In this document: positions 17,114 to 28,025 of the stretch, piece by piece
Numbering within the stretch: the stretch's first letter is position 1
How the letters are laid out: every line of letters begins with the position of its first letter
DNA from: an uncultured Pseudomonadales bacterium
Lineage (GTDB): Bacteria; Pseudomonadota; Gammaproteobacteria; Pseudomonadales; Pseudohongiellaceae
DNA: 64,000 nucleotides
Assembly: GCA_949430125.1 (NCBI GenBank)
Contig: CASQMQ010000025.1
Coordinates: 6,297 to 70,296 of the forward strand
Direction of reading: 5' to 3'
Program-made: the position numbers and the translations under genes
The notes under the pieces: model-generated
What the model was told of the DNA's origin: nothing
The model's database searches: none
Seen by the model: the letters and a program-made list of their open reading frames with translations, nothing else

Positions 17114-17797
17114 GTGATCACCATAGCAAAAAATATTGAGCAGCTAAGCAGCCGAATACAACGGCTTGAACACCAATATGAGCGCAGCGCAGCAAGTGTG
17201 AAGTTGCTGGCCGTCAGCAAGCGGCACCCGGTAGAGAGCATTATTGCGGCCAATAAGGCTGGTATTGAAGACTTCGGTGAAAATTATCTGCAAGAAGCGC
17301 TGGATAAGATCCAGCATCTGTCTTCAATACGCGTGAACTGGCACTTCATAGGGCCTATTCAGTCTAATAAAACCAAAGCTATAGCCGAGAATTTTCAATG
17401 GGTACACAGCATTGATCGCTTAAAGATTGCTCAGCGTCTAAGCGGTCAAAGAGAATCCTCTGCAGCGAAGCTAAATGTCTGCGTACAAGTAAAGATCTCA
17501 CAAGAGGCGAACAAATCCGGCGTAGAATTAGGCGAAGCCGAGGCTCTCTGTGACAGCATAGAGGCACTGCCGAACATACAGTTACGCGGCCTGATGGCGA
17601 TCCCCGCAGCTGAACCCGATCCAAACTCACAGCGAATAGCCTTTCGAGCATTAGCGCAAGAATACTTTCGTCTAAAGCCACGCTATACGCAGTTGGACAC
17701 GCTATCGATGGGTATGAGCAATGATTTTGAGGCCGCTATTGCTGAGGGCTCAACGCTCATTAGAGTCGGTACTGGCATATTCGGTCCTCGCAGCTAG
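17114..17797 (+). CDS. yggS: YggS-family pyridoxal-phosphate homeostasis protein
   Basis: LLAVSKRHPVESI (PLP Lys)...NWHFIGPIQSNKTK...LSMGMSNDFEAAIAEGSTLIRVGTGIFG, 227 aa. Confidence 0.9.
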   Translation: MITIAKNIEQLSSRIQRLEHQYERSAASVKLLAVSKRHPVESIIAANKAGIEDFGENYLQEALDKIQHLSSIRVNWHFIGPIQSNKTKAIAENFQWVHSIDRLKIAQRLSGQRESSAAKLNVCVQVKISQEANKSGVELGEAEALCDSIEALPNIQLRGLMAIPAAEPDPNSQRIAFRALAQEYFRLKPRYTQLDTLSMGMSNDFEAAIAEGSTLIRVGTGIFGPRS

Positions 17798-18046
17798 CTC
17801 AGCAACCTTCGGCGCTCCTAGAGCCAAGCAAACTAGTTATCTAGACTTCTTTAAATAAAAGTCGACCAGAAAAATACCCGAAATAGCAGTTTCCTTGTGG
17901 AAACGTTAGTGACATATGACGCTAAGTGATTTAAATCAATATTCAGATGCATTATTCAGAGTCGACTAAATACGTTAGAATACGAGGCTGTTTCACAGCC
18001 ACTTCCTAAAAAGCAATAGCATTCGGAACCCGGCCATGGAGAAATT

Positions 18047-18871
18047 TTGAAAAGTACTACAATTGGTTTTATTGGCGCCGGAAATATGGCCAATGGCCTC
18101 ATTCACGGCCTTATCGCCAAAGGCACTAAGTCTGAGAATATCTGGGCCAGTGATCTAGACGATAGTAAACTTCAGTTGCTCGCCCAAGACTGCGGAATAC
18201 GGACAGGCAGTAATACGGACATAGCGAGGAGCGCCAGTGTGATCGTACTGGCCGTTAAGCCACAGGTCATGAGAGATGCCTGTAAGGCATTGGCGGCGGA
18301 TATAGGCGATCGTAAGGTGCTGCTGGTATCGATAGCCGCAGGCATTACCACTTCTCACCTAGAGGGCTGGTTTGGTGAATCTGCAGCTATCGTACGCTGC
18401 ATGCCTAATACGCCAGCTCTTGTCGGTATGGGTGCAAGCGGACTATTTGCGAGCGCCAAGGTTACCGAAGAACAAAAGCAACTCGCCCAAGAGGTTATTA
18501 GTACTGTGGGCTTCGCCACTTGGGTTGATGCCGATTCAGACATCGACATTGTTACCGCAATTTCTGGTAGTGGGCCAGCCTACTTTTTTCTGTTTATGGA
18601 AGCCATGCAGGCGACAGCGAAGGAAATGGGACTGAGCGAGGATTTGGCACGAGCGCTCACCTATCATACAGCGGCTGGCGCGGCTGCACTGGCGCAATAC
18701 AGCGAGGATGACATTGCTACGCTGCGGCGCAACGTCACCTCACCCGGCGGCACAACTGAACAAGCGATCTTGAAATTTGAAGATGGCGATCTTCGCGGCT
18801 TAGTTGCCAAAGCCCTGAAGGCCGCCAGAACTCGCTCTGTAGAACTGGCCGAAGAAATCGACAGAACGTAG
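18047..18871 (+). CDS. proC: Pyrroline-5-carboxylate reductase
   Basis: TTG start 8 nt after GGAG. IGFIGAGNMA Rossmann motif, SPGGTTEQA motif, 274 aa. Confidence 0.95.
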   Translation: MKSTTIGFIGAGNMANGLIHGLIAKGTKSENIWASDLDDSKLQLLAQDCGIRTGSNTDIARSASVIVLAVKPQVMRDACKALAADIGDRKVLLVSIAAGITTSHLEGWFGESAAIVRCMPNTPALVGMGASGLFASAKVTEEQKQLAQEVISTVGFATWVDADSDIDIVTAISGSGPAYFFLFMEAMQATAKEMGLSEDLARALTYHTAAGAAALAQYSEDDIATLRRNVTSPGGTTEQAILKFEDGDLRGLVAKALKAARTRSVELAEEIDRT

Positions 18872-18940
18872 TATTTTTTAGTCGCTGATGTTATATGGAA
18901 CAGCTGTTCCTGATCTAATGATAAATAATTTTTAAAATAT

Positions 18941-19549
18941 TTGGATAGTAATATTATGGGAAGCTCTGCAGCATTAATTTTTAGTACGGTTACTGGAATC
19001 TATCTGTTAGCCGTATTGCTTCGATTTTTGCTGCAAGTCGCTAAAGCTGATTTCTATAATCCGGTTTCGCAGGCCGTAATAAAAATTACTGACCCAATGA
19101 TTCGAGTTCTTCGAACGGTTATTCCTGGCTACAAGGGTATAGATGTTTCTTCGCTCGTATTGGCTTTCGCCATAGAAGCTGTTGCAATCTGTACGCTAAT
19201 TATTCTCTATGGAGAGAACATCTCAAACATTGGCTACACGAATATAGTTACCTGGGCATTCGCAGGCGTATTACTGATTATAATAAAAATCTATTATTAC
19301 GCTATATTGGCATCTATTATCATGTCGTTTGTTATGATGTTTTCAGGTAGCACGAATCCTCATCCTCTATTGCTACTAGTTTGGCAGTTGACTGAGCCGA
19401 TTATGAGCCCAGTGCGAAAAATAATTCCTTCAATGGGCGGCTTGGACTTTTCACCTATCTTTATTTTCATTGCCATCCAAATTATTCAAAATTTTATCCT
19501 CACTACTTTCGGCGTCGGCCCGTACGCGGCGGTTATAATAGGGATATAG
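18941..19549 (+). CDS. yggT: YggT family membrane protein
   Basis: Two YGGT-like repeats (LLRFLLQVAKADFYNPVSQAVIKITDP and TEPIMSPVRKIIPSMGGLDFSPI). An ATG at 18956 is an alternative start. Confidence 0.8.
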   Translation: MDSNIMGSSAALIFSTVTGIYLLAVLLRFLLQVAKADFYNPVSQAVIKITDPMIRVLRTVIPGYKGIDVSSLVLAFAIEAVAICTLIILYGENISNIGYTNIVTWAFAGVLLIIIKIYYYAILASIIMSFVMMFSGSTNPHPLLLLVWQLTEPIMSPVRKIIPSMGGLDFSPIFIFIAIQIIQNFILTTFGVGPYAAVIIGI

Positions 19550-19600
19550 AACATCGCCTCAATATTTAACTGAGTCGAAATATCGTTATGTGCTCTTGCT

Positions 19601-19897
19601 ATGTACTATCGCCGGCAGAAAGACGTCTTATACCTGAACTGCAGCGTTCGGCCCAAAGCCAACGAAGACCGAATAGTTGGGCCATTGGGCGAACATCTGA
19701 AAATTCAAATCTCCGCCGCACCACTTGATGGAAAAGCATACAAACAACTAATGCGATTTTTGGCAAACCTATTTCATACCAAAAAAACTGCTATTACTAT
19801 AGTAAGCGGGCTGATGGGACGACATAAAAGAGTATGTATCAAGAAACCCCTGTCTATTCCCCCTAGGATAAAAATATTCAAGGGTGCGCTTTCCTGA
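19601..19897 (+). CDS. DUF167 (YggU) family protein
   Basis: 98 aa. LKIQISAAPLDGKAYKQLMRFLANLF...IVSGLMGRHKRVCI resembles the YggU consensus (DGKAN...G..SR.K) and the gene follows yggT. Confidence 0.7.
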   Translation: MYYRRQKDVLYLNCSVRPKANEDRIVGPLGEHLKIQISAAPLDGKAYKQLMRFLANLFHTKKTAITIVSGLMGRHKRVCIKKPLSIPPRIKIFKGALS

Positions 19898-19980
19898 GAG
19901 AGCTTAGTACAGAGTTAGTTAATAGCTAGTTAGTAAATATTCAGACAAAAGGATTAGAAAGAGCCTTAAAGCCATTTGCA

Positions 19981-21183
19981 ATGCCAGACTCAATACCCAC
20001 AGATTCAGTTGGCCTCGTTACTCCCCAGGTCTATAAATTCGAAGAGCCTCTAACTCTTCGTAGCGGCAAGGTATTGCCCGAGTATGAGCTAGTCGTTGAG
20101 ACTTACGGCAAGCTCAATAGTGAAAAGACGAATGCCCTTCTTATCTGTCATGCGCTCAGCGGCGATCATCATGCGGCCGGGTACCACAGCAAAAATGATA
20201 GCAAACCCGGCTGGTGGGACAGCTGTATCGGGCCAGGAAAGGCGATAGATACCAATCTCTTCTACGTAGTTAGCCTGAATAATTTCGGCGGATGCGCCGG
20301 CAGTACCGGCCCCGCCTCGATCAATCCCGAGACCAACAAGTACTACGGCCCAGATTTTCCTGTCGTCACCGTGCGCGACTGGGTGAGTAGCCAGCTGCGG
20401 CTGATGGATCGAATGGAGATTCCCGAATGGGCAGCTGTTGTAGGGGGCAGCCTGGGAGGCATGCAAGTATTGCGTTGGGCGATTAGCTATCCCGACAAAG
20501 TTCGTCATGCAGTCTGCATAGCTGCAGCGCCTAAACTGTCGGCGCAAAATATTGCCTTCAATGAAGTTGCTAGGCATTCGATCACTAGCGACCCAGATTT
20601 TCACGAAGGGCGCTATCTAGAGAAAGGCACCTATCCGAAGCAAGGCTTAATGCTTGCCCGTATGGTCGGGCACATCACCTATTTGTCGGACAGCGCAATG
20701 CGCGCGAAGTTTGGCAAGTCAGTTTCGAATTTCGAACAAGATACGGCGGAAAATTTCGGCAGAGACCTACGCTCAGGAAAACTAAGCTTCGGATTCGATG
20801 TGGATTTTCAAGTAGAGAGCTATCTGCACTATCAAGGAGAACGATTCTCCGAAAACTTCGATGCAAATACCTATTTGCTGATGACGAAGGCGCTGGACTA
20901 CTTCGATCCCACCGTGGATTTCGAAGGCGACTTGTCGAAGGCATTTGCCAATAGCGACTGCAAATTCCTACTCATGTCGTTCAGCACGGATTGGCGATTC
21001 CCACCGGAGCGTTCGCGAGAGATAGTATCTGATCTTCTTAAGGCTGGCAGAGAAGTGAGCTATCTCGAGATCGAAGCGGATCAGGGGCACGATGCATTCT
21101 TGCTTCCTATTCCGCGTTATATAGAAGCTCTCTCGGGCTATCTGCAGCGAGTGCATCAGGAGAATGAAAGCGATGCGCCCTGA
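19981..21183 (+). CDS. metX: Homoserine O-acyltransferase (MetX)
   Basis: [14 protein letters not shown], the nucleophile elbow [10 protein letters not shown] and the C-terminal GHDAFLL; 400 aa, followed by metW. Confidence 0.95.
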   Translation: MPDSIPTDSVGLVTPQVYKFEEPLTLRSGKVLPEYELVVETYGKLNSEKTNALLICHALSGDHHAAGYHSKNDSKPGWWDSCIGPGKAIDTNLFYVVSLNNFGGCAGSTGPASINPETNKYYGPDFPVVTVRDWVSSQLRLMDRMEIPEWAAVVGGSLGGMQVLRWAISYPDKVRHAVCIAAAPKLSAQNIAFNEVARHSITSDPDFHEGRYLEKGTYPKQGLMLARMVGHITYLSDSAMRAKFGKSVSNFEQDTAENFGRDLRSGKLSFGFDVDFQVESYLHYQGERFSENFDANTYLLMTKALDYFDPTVDFEGDLSKAFANSDCKFLLMSFSTDWRFPPERSREIVSDLLKAGREVSYLEIEADQGHDAFLLPIPRYIEALSGYLQRVHQENESDAP

Positions 21184-21772
21184 TCTAGAAATCATTCAAC
21201 AGTGGATACAGCCTAACAGTAAGGTGCTCGATCTTGGTTGTGGCGATGGCAGCCTGCTGCATTACCTGCAGACGACTAAGAATGTGCACGGCATTGGATT
21301 AGAGATCGATGAAACGAATATTCAGCACTGCCTCGATAGAGGAACGAATGTCATCGAGCAGAACTTGGATAAAGGGCTCTCCAATTTCCAGTCAGGGAGT
21401 TTCGATACTGTTCTATTAGCGCAGACGCTGCAGGCGCTCAGCAAGCCAGATCACTTAATCGATGAGATGCTACGCATCGGCAAGAACGGCATCGTGACAT
21501 TCCCGAATTTCGGCAACTGGAAGAGCCGCTTGTATCTCGCAAGCCGAGGTCGCATGCCTGTTTCGAAATTCATTCCCCACTCTTGGTATAACACACCGAA
21601 TATTCATTTCTGTACGGTAAAGGACTTCGATGCGTTATGCACAGAGAGGAACATTAAGGTGTTGGCTAGAACAGTCGTCGATCTTGAACATCAGGGTAGT
21701 TGGTACATGAAAGCCTGGCCGAACCTCTTGGGTGAGATTGCTATCTACCACATCAGCAAAGACACGGACTAA
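21164..21772 (+). CDS. metW: Methionine biosynthesis protein MetW
   Basis: [28 protein letters not shown], a methyltransferase-like fold. It overlaps the metX stop. An ATG at 21173 is an alternative start. Confidence 0.9.
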   Translation: MKAMRPDLEIIQQWIQPNSKVLDLGCGDGSLLHYLQTTKNVHGIGLEIDETNIQHCLDRGTNVIEQNLDKGLSNFQSGSFDTVLLAQTLQALSKPDHLIDEMLRIGKNGIVTFPNFGNWKSRLYLASRGRMPVSKFIPHSWYNTPNIHFCTVKDFDALCTERNIKVLARTVVDLEHQGSWYMKAWPNLLGEIAIYHISKDTD

Positions 21773-21787
21773 AGGTTTTCTAAAAGA

Positions 21788-22390
21788 ATGCATAAAGTGG
21801 TATTAGCTAGCAGCAACAAAGGAAAGCTTGTTGAACTGCAGGCAATTCTCGAACAGAGGGATGTTCAATTATTCCCACAATCGGAATTCTCAGTGAGCGA
21901 TGCAGACGAGACTGGGCTTAGCTTTGTTGAAAATGCACTGATAAAAGCTCGCCATGCCTGCCTCTCGACCGGCCTCCCCGCTATCGCGGATGATAGTGGG
22001 ATAGAGGTGGATGCACTCAAGGGCGAACCAGGAATATATTCGGCGCGCTATGCTGGGTCCCATGGCCCCGAGGCAGACATCGATAACAATGCGAAACTAC
22101 TACGTGAGCTCGAAAACATAGCTGAAGCAGATCGCACCGCAAGGTTTCAGTGCGTTATCGCCTATATGCGACACGCCAAGGATCCAATGCCGCTGATTTG
22201 TCAGGGCACGTGGGAAGGACGCATACTGTTTAAGGAGGAAGGCGAGAACGGATTCGGCTATGATCCTCTATTCTATGTACCGAGTCACAGCTGCGCATCT
22301 GCAAAGCTGGATGCCGCAACAAAGAACGCCATCAGCCATCGAGGCCAAGCGCTAACGCAGCTACTAAAATGTTGGAACTCCCACCACTAA
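21788..22390 (+). CDS. rdgB: dITP/XTP pyrophosphatase RdgB
   Basis: VVLASSNKGKLVELQAIL...ETGLSFVENALIKAR...IADDSGIEVDAL...GFGYDPLFYVP...ISHRGQAL, 200 aa. Confidence 0.95.
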   Translation: MHKVVLASSNKGKLVELQAILEQRDVQLFPQSEFSVSDADETGLSFVENALIKARHACLSTGLPAIADDSGIEVDALKGEPGIYSARYAGSHGPEADIDNNAKLLRELENIAEADRTARFQCVIAYMRHAKDPMPLICQGTWEGRILFKEEGENGFGYDPLFYVPSHSCASAKLDAATKNAISHRGQALTQLLKCWNSHH

Positions 22391-23508
22391 GTCTCTACAT
22401 CCACATACCTTGGTGTGTGAAGAAATGCCCCTACTGCGACTTCAATTCTCATGAGGCGCAATCAGACATTCCCGAGAGCGACTACGTAGATATTATTTGT
22501 CAGGATTTCGATCGTGACTATGAGCATTGCGATGCTCGTCCGCTACAATCCATTTTTATTGGCGGGGGTACACCGAGTCTATTTGGAGCGAAGTCATTCG
22601 AGAAAATTCTGACACATATACGGTCGAAGGCATCTTTAAGCGGTGAGTGTGAAATTACCCTTGAGGCAAACCCAGGCACAGCAGAGGCGGACAAATTTTC
22701 CGGTTATTTTGCAGCCGGGATAAACCGTCTATCTATTGGCGTTCAAAGCTTCGATGAACGCCAGTTAAAAAACCTTGGCCGCATCCATTCGGCTGATGAG
22801 TCCAAGCGTGCAATCGATTTTGCCAGAAGAGCTGGCTTTGATAATTTCAATTTGGATTTAATGCATGGCCTTCCCGGGCAAAGTGTTAGCGATGCGCTTA
22901 GCGACTTGCAGACTGCAATTGATTTCGATCCGCTGCACATCTCCTGGTATCAGCTCACCATCGAACCCAATACTGTCTTCCATGCGCGCCCGCCGACTCT
23001 CCCCGAAGAGCCAATTCTAAACTCTCTGGAGGATGCCGGGCTGGCACTGCTCGCAAATTCTGGCTATCACCGTTATGAGGTATCGGCGTTCTCAAAGAAT
23101 GGCTGCCATTCACGGCACAACCTAAATTACTGGGAATTTGGCGACTACCTCGGCATAGGCGCAGGCGCCCATGGCAAAATTACACTTGCCCAGTCGGATA
23201 CCATTGTTAGAACACAGAAACATAGGCAGCCGAATCACTACCTCAACAAAAGTATTCAATCTAAGATCAAACGAACCGAAATCCTAGCGGATGAGCGCGC
23301 CATTGAATTTCTACTGAACGCCCTTCGCAGTAGACATGGGTTTTCCGAGTCCATGTTTCAATCCAGAACCGGGCTCCCTTTTAGCGCTATAGGAAAGAAG
23401 GTAGAATACTTGATTGCCGGCGGGCTGTTGCAGAGGCGAGATGGCCGTATAGCTGCCTCAGACAAAGGATATCGACTTCTAAATAGCTTGTTACAAGAAT
23501 TTCTTTAA
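22369..23508 (+). CDS. hemW: Radical SAM heme chaperone HemW
   Basis: LSLYIHIPWCVKKCPYCDFNS (CxxxCxxC), GGGTPSL and an HemN_C-like C-terminus; 379 aa. Confidence 0.9.
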   Translation: MLELPPLSLYIHIPWCVKKCPYCDFNSHEAQSDIPESDYVDIICQDFDRDYEHCDARPLQSIFIGGGTPSLFGAKSFEKILTHIRSKASLSGECEITLEANPGTAEADKFSGYFAAGINRLSIGVQSFDERQLKNLGRIHSADESKRAIDFARRAGFDNFNLDLMHGLPGQSVSDALSDLQTAIDFDPLHISWYQLTIEPNTVFHARPPTLPEEPILNSLEDAGLALLANSGYHRYEVSAFSKNGCHSRHNLNYWEFGDYLGIGAGAHGKITLAQSDTIVRTQKHRQPNHYLNKSIQSKIKRTEILADERAIEFLLNALRSRHGFSESMFQSRTGLPFSAIGKKVEYLIAGGLLQRRDGRIAASDKGYRLLNSLLQEFL

Positions 23509-23684
23509 GGAATCTCTGGTTAAGCCACTAGCTACTCAGCGAGAGTTTGGCGCGATGCAGTGCGCCGCTAATCGTTCGCCCTTACCAAGCGCGACAACGC
23601 AGCAGCAGTACGAGCCAGGCCCCGCCCGAAGGGGCTAAAAGCCAGAGTGGCTAGTGACTTGATTAGAGACTCCACGAGGTGTCT

Positions 23685-24038
23685 ATGGAAAATTTGTACG
23701 AGAAGCACTGCGAAGCCTGTCAGATGGGCGCCCCGCTGGTTAGCGATGAAGAGGCGAATGACCTATTACTTAAGGTCCCTGGCTGGAAGCGAGGTTCCCA
23801 TGAAGGTGTCGAAAAACTAACTCGCGAATTTCATTTCGTAGAGTTCAAAGATTCATTTGCGTTTACCTACAAGATAGCTACTTTGTCCGAGCGCGAGAAT
23901 CATCACCCTTCCATCTTAACCGAATGGGGCAAAGTAACTGTGTTCTGGTGGACGCACAAAATTAATGGCCTACACGTTAACGATTTCATCATGGCCGCGA
24001 AGACCGATATGATCGCAAAACTCTCCGCCCCCTCTTAA
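23685..24038 (+). CDS. phhB: Pterin-4a-carbinolamine dehydratase
   Basis: The ORF track starts at GTG 23679; an ATG at 23685 follows a GAGGTG Shine-Dalgarno sequence. Motifs are F.F.EFKDSFAF...ERENHHPSILTEWGKVTVFWWTH. Confidence 0.85.
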   Translation: MENLYEKHCEACQMGAPLVSDEEANDLLLKVPGWKRGSHEGVEKLTREFHFVEFKDSFAFTYKIATLSERENHHPSILTEWGKVTVFWWTHKINGLHVNDFIMAAKTDMIAKLSAPS

Positions 24039-24068
24039 CATTCGCACGTCTTTGACTGGAGTATTTCC

Positions 24069-25223
24069 GTGTCGGTTAATTCCAAATCTCTGTTTGAACA
24101 ACTCAATAATGTTGTAGGCCTGCCCAGCGTCAGCTCTGCTAATCCGAGCATCGACATCAGTAATAAGGCAGTGATAGACCATCTAGCAGAACAATTCGAA
24201 TCCCTTGGTTTTGAATGCGAGCTAATTCCAATCCCTGGTAGTGAGACAACTAAGTTCAATCTAATCGCGACTCTCGGATCTGGCCCCGGCGGACTGGTGC
24301 TGGCAGGTCACACCGACACCGTGCCGCTGGATGAAGAATTGTGGTCGGTAGATCCCTTCAAGGTTACTCAGCGCGATGGCAAGCTGTTCGGGCTCGGCGT
24401 TACTGACATGAAGGGCTTCTTTCCAATCATCATGGAAGCGGTAAAACCACTTTTGGACAAAAGCTTCAAAGAACCTCTCATCGTTCTCGCGACGGCGGAC
24501 GAGGAGACATCTATGCAGGGCGCACGCAGTATAGCTCAGTTGGGCCGACCTAAAGCACGTGCCGCTATCATCGGTGAACCGACCGGCCTGCAGCCGGTAA
24601 AGGCACACAAGGGCATTATGATGGATTCCGTTCGATTACTGGGACAGAGTGGCCATTCCTCCGATCCTTCTCTGGGTAACAATGCACTCGATGCCATGCA
24701 TGCGGTAATTTCTGATCTAATGACCTACCGCGAAGAATTGAAATGCAGGTACAACAGTGATCTATTCAGTATTCCTCACCCAACACTGAATCTCGGCGTT
24801 ATACATGGCGGTGACAATCCCAATCGAATCTGTGGCCATTGTGAATTGGAATTCGATATTCGGCTGATGCCAGGCATGCATATCGAAACTGTGCGAGCAG
24901 AGATAAGAAATAGAATCGCGACTCTAATGGATCCACTAGGTATACAATTTGAGTTAGCTGCCCTGTTTACCGGCGTGCCTGCTTTCTTTGCTGACGAGAA
25001 CAGCGCCCTATTGAGAACCGCTGAGAAACTCACTGGTCACTCGGGCATCAGCGTAGCATTTGGAACTGAAGGCCCTTTCCTGCAAGAATTGGGAATGGAT
25101 ACTATAATAATGGGCCCCGGTAATATCGATCAGGCCCATCAGCCTGATGAGTATATGTCGATAGATATGATCGAGCCCTGCATCGATGTGCTGCAGAAGA
25201 TGATTAGCCATCATTGCCTGTAA
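24069..25223 (+). CDS. argE: Acetylornithine deacetylase
   Basis: M20 peptidase family motifs LVLAGHTDTVP, GVTDMKGF and ATADEETSMQGA; 384 aa, adjacent to argA. Confidence 0.88.
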   Translation: MSVNSKSLFEQLNNVVGLPSVSSANPSIDISNKAVIDHLAEQFESLGFECELIPIPGSETTKFNLIATLGSGPGGLVLAGHTDTVPLDEELWSVDPFKVTQRDGKLFGLGVTDMKGFFPIIMEAVKPLLDKSFKEPLIVLATADEETSMQGARSIAQLGRPKARAAIIGEPTGLQPVKAHKGIMMDSVRLLGQSGHSSDPSLGNNALDAMHAVISDLMTYREELKCRYNSDLFSIPHPTLNLGVIHGGDNPNRICGHCELEFDIRLMPGMHIETVRAEIRNRIATLMDPLGIQFELAALFTGVPAFFADENSALLRTAEKLTGHSGISVAFGTEGPFLQELGMDTIIMGPGNIDQAHQPDEYMSIDMIEPCIDVLQKMISHHCL

Positions 25224-25244
25224 CAGAAAATTAGAGAGATTCGA

Positions 25245-26577
25245 ATGATGAACAACGAACAAGATAGCATTGGCATGATCGAATGGTTTCGTGCCTCAAC
25301 GAGTTATATCAATACACATCGAGGAAAGGTATTCGTCGTGTTATTGAGCGGCGAAGCGTTGGCGGACAAAAACCTACCCAACGTTATCTATGACCTAACA
25401 CTACTGCACAGTCTTGGCGTAAAGCTAGTGCTCGTTCATGGCGCTAGACCACAGATTTCTGCCGCGCTAGAAAACGATGCCAAGGTCTCATCCTATCATC
25501 GCAATATTCGCATCACAGAAGCAGATTGCATCGAGACTGTGACACGCGTTGTCGGTGGAGAAAGCGCAAAACTCGAAGCTCTCTTCTCCATGGGCATAAG
25601 TAATTCCCCAATGCAGGGCTCTGATGTACGTCTTTGTCGAGGAAATTTCGTAACAGCCAAACCCGCTGGCATTCACGATGGCATCGACTATCAATACACG
25701 GGAAACGTGAGAAAAATACGCGCCACTGCAATCCAGCAACAGCTGGAACAGAATAATATCGTGCTGCTTTCGAATCTGGGTTATTCGCTAACGGGCGAAA
25801 TCTTCAACCTATCTGCAGAAGAAGTAGCGGCAGAGGCTGCCATAGCACTGCAAGCAGAAAAACTGATTCTAATGATTCCACGCCCTGGCGTACTGGATGA
25901 TGACGGTAGCTTGGTTGCTTCACTAAGTGGAGATGACGCCAGATTCTATGCGGACAAACTTGCCAAGTTAGATGAGGAGTCGCAGTGCATAAGTCGTGCA
26001 CTCGATACCTGCCTGCGCGCCTATTCTAATAAAGTTCATCGGTCGCACCTGATTAGCTTCAAGGAGAATGGCGCTCTAATACGCGAACTGTTTACGCGGC
26101 AAGGAAACGGCACGCTAATTAGCAGTGATAGCTTCGAGGATTTGCGCGTCGCAACTATTGAAGACGTCGCTGGCATACTCAAACTCATTAGACCTTTAGA
26201 AGAGAACGGTTCGCTGGTAGAGCGTTCTCGCGAATTGCTAGAGACAGAAATCGATAATTTCAAGATCGTTGAGCTAGAAGACTCCGTCATTGCCTGCGCA
26301 GCACTCTATCCTATCGGGGAAGACTTCGCAGAGGTTGCCTGCATCGCTATCGACAATAGCTTTCAGAAGAATGGCTATGGTGACTCGCCTCCTGAGCAGC
26401 CTTGAGAGTCAAGCCAAGGCGGCAGGTATCAAGAAGATTTTCGTATTGACTACTGTTGCATCACACTGGTTTTTGGGAAAGGGATTTTTGGAAGTGGAAC
26501 TTAGCGATCTGCCTGAACAAAGACAAGAACTCTACAACTACCAGCGTAAGTCGAAGGCATTGTTAAAGGTATTGTAG
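25245..26577 (+). pseudogene. argA: N-acetylglutamate synthase (ArgA) with a +1 frameshift near 26385
   Basis: ORF 25245..26405 carries the kinase-like domain (WFRASTSYINTHRGKVFVVLLSGEA) and the start of the GNAT domain. ORF 26290..26577 in the +1 frame carries the conserved C-terminus RLLSSLESQAKAAGIKKIFVLTTVASHWF...ELYNYQRKSKALL. Deleting the T at 26385 (ggt gac T cgc ctc) joins GYGD to RLLSSLE with no gap relative to ArgA homologues. Confidence 0.85.
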
Positions 26578-26593
26578 CTAGGGTGTACGAAGC

Positions 26594-27100
26594 TTAGCTT
26601 ATACGTTGCATTACGCAGATACTGTAGTCATATTGATTAGATTCATCGTGCTGATATTGCTCACGTGAAGTTTCTTTCCAATTCGACTCATCGAATTCGT
26701 GAAGGATAGTATCCCCTTCGACTTGCGCATGCACACGCGTAAGATGCAGCGTATCTGCAAGAGGCAGCGCCGCCTGATACAACACCGCACCACCGATTAC
26801 AAAGGCCTGAGTGCTATCCGTCTCCTTAGATACTGCTTCGGCGCGCTCAATCGCCTGCTGCAAGGACCCAACCACTTCGGCACCCTCGGCCTGATAGTCT
26901 GCATTGCTAGTAATGACGATGCTGGTTCTTCCAGGTAACGCGCGCCCTATAGACTCCCATGTATTACGCCCCATGATCATGCAGTTCCCCATGGTGGTAC
27001 GTCTGAAATATTTTAGGTCTTCAGAAAGGTGCCAAGGTAAACCGTTGTCACGTCCGATCACTCGATTCTCAGACATGGCGCATATCAATGCGAGTTTCAT
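26594..27100 (-). CDS. folA: Dihydrofolate reductase
   Basis: LALICAMSENRVIGRDNGLPWHLSEDLKYFRRTTMGNCMIMGRNTWESIG, 168 aa. Confidence 0.92.
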   Translation of the reverse strand: MKLALICAMSENRVIGRDNGLPWHLSEDLKYFRRTTMGNCMIMGRNTWESIGRALPGRTSIVITSNADYQAEGAEVVGSLQQAIERAEAVSKETDSTQAFVIGGAVLYQAALPLADTLHLTRVHAQVEGDTILHEFDESNWKETSREQYQHDESNQYDYSICVMQRIS

Positions 27101-27137
27101 AGTATGTGCTCTTTAAAGATAAATAGATTCGAGAGGA

Positions 27138-27989
27138 TTAAACTGAAAATGGATAGGCGATGGGATCATGGTGCTCATAACCATCGACTTCGAAATCCTT
27201 CAGGGTTACCCAAGTCTCAATATCTTCAAGTGATTTTATATCCGGATTGATATGCAGCTGTGGAGGATCGAACGGCTCACGCTGTAACTGAACATCGCGC
27301 ATTAATTCAAGCTGGTCTTCGTAGATATGGGCATTGACGATCTTGTGATAGGCAAGCCCCGCCGAGTTGCCAGTAATCTGCGCTACTAGTGCCAACAATG
27401 TAAAAACCTGAATCTGATTGAAATTGAGTCCAAGTGGCACATCACAAGAGCGCTGATAGCTCGTAAGATGAAGCACGTCGTCGAGTAGAGAAAACGTATG
27501 AGTGTGCATACACGGACGAAGACAGCCTAGATCGAACTCGCCAGGGTTATAGAACGTCAATATCTCCCCACGGTCGTCCACGCCTCGCTTGAGATTGTCG
27601 ACTATCTTCTTCAATTGATCGATGCTTGTCCCATCCGGCTTCTGCCAACTTCTCCCTTGAACGCCATAGACCCGACCCATGTCATCAACACCCTTGCGCG
27701 CAGGATTACTCAACCATGCCGCGTTTTCGTTGGCATTCGCATCCCATGATTTAGTACCCAGTGCGCGAAAGTCTGCGGCATTGTCCAAGCCCTTCAGATA
27801 TCCAAGAAGTTCGCCAATAGCGGCCTTCCAGAAACTCTTACGAGTGGTAATGATGGGAAATGCGTTTCTACCGACATTATAGGTCAGATCCGCATTGATA
27901 ACGGTGAGGCACTTTTTGCCGGTACGCTCGTTCTCAATCCAAACACCTTCATCGACGATTCGCTGACAGAGAGTTAAATATTGCTGCAT
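27138..27989 (-). CDS. thyA: Thymidylate synthase
   Basis: 283 aa. [21 protein letters not shown], the active-site Cys in [10 protein letters not shown], and [14 protein letters not shown]. Confidence 0.95.
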   Translation of the reverse strand: MQQYLTLCQRIVDEGVWIENERTGKKCLTVINADLTYNVGRNAFPIITTRKSFWKAAIGELLGYLKGLDNAADFRALGTKSWDANANENAAWLSNPARKGVDDMGRVYGVQGRSWQKPDGTSIDQLKKIVDNLKRGVDDRGEILTFYNPGEFDLGCLRPCMHTHTFSLLDDVLHLTSYQRSCDVPLGLNFNQIQVFTLLALVAQITGNSAGLAYHKIVNAHIYEDQLELMRDVQLQREPFDPPQLHINPDIKSLEDIETWVTLKDFEVDGYEHHDPIAYPFSV

Positions 27990-28025
27990 GACACTTTTCT
28001 TCTATCGATTAAGTTAAAGGGGCGA

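Noticed and set aside
19898-19980. SAM riboswitch or attenuator upstream of metX
   Set aside because: The spacer is AT-rich, with no recognisable SAM-I, SAM-II or SAM/SAH core and no terminator hairpin.
26290-26577. A separate small GNAT gene after argA
   Set aside because: Its recognisable sequence begins mid-domain and continues ArgA exactly after a 1-nt shift. The TTG start and the first 30 or so codons overlap argA and look non-coding.
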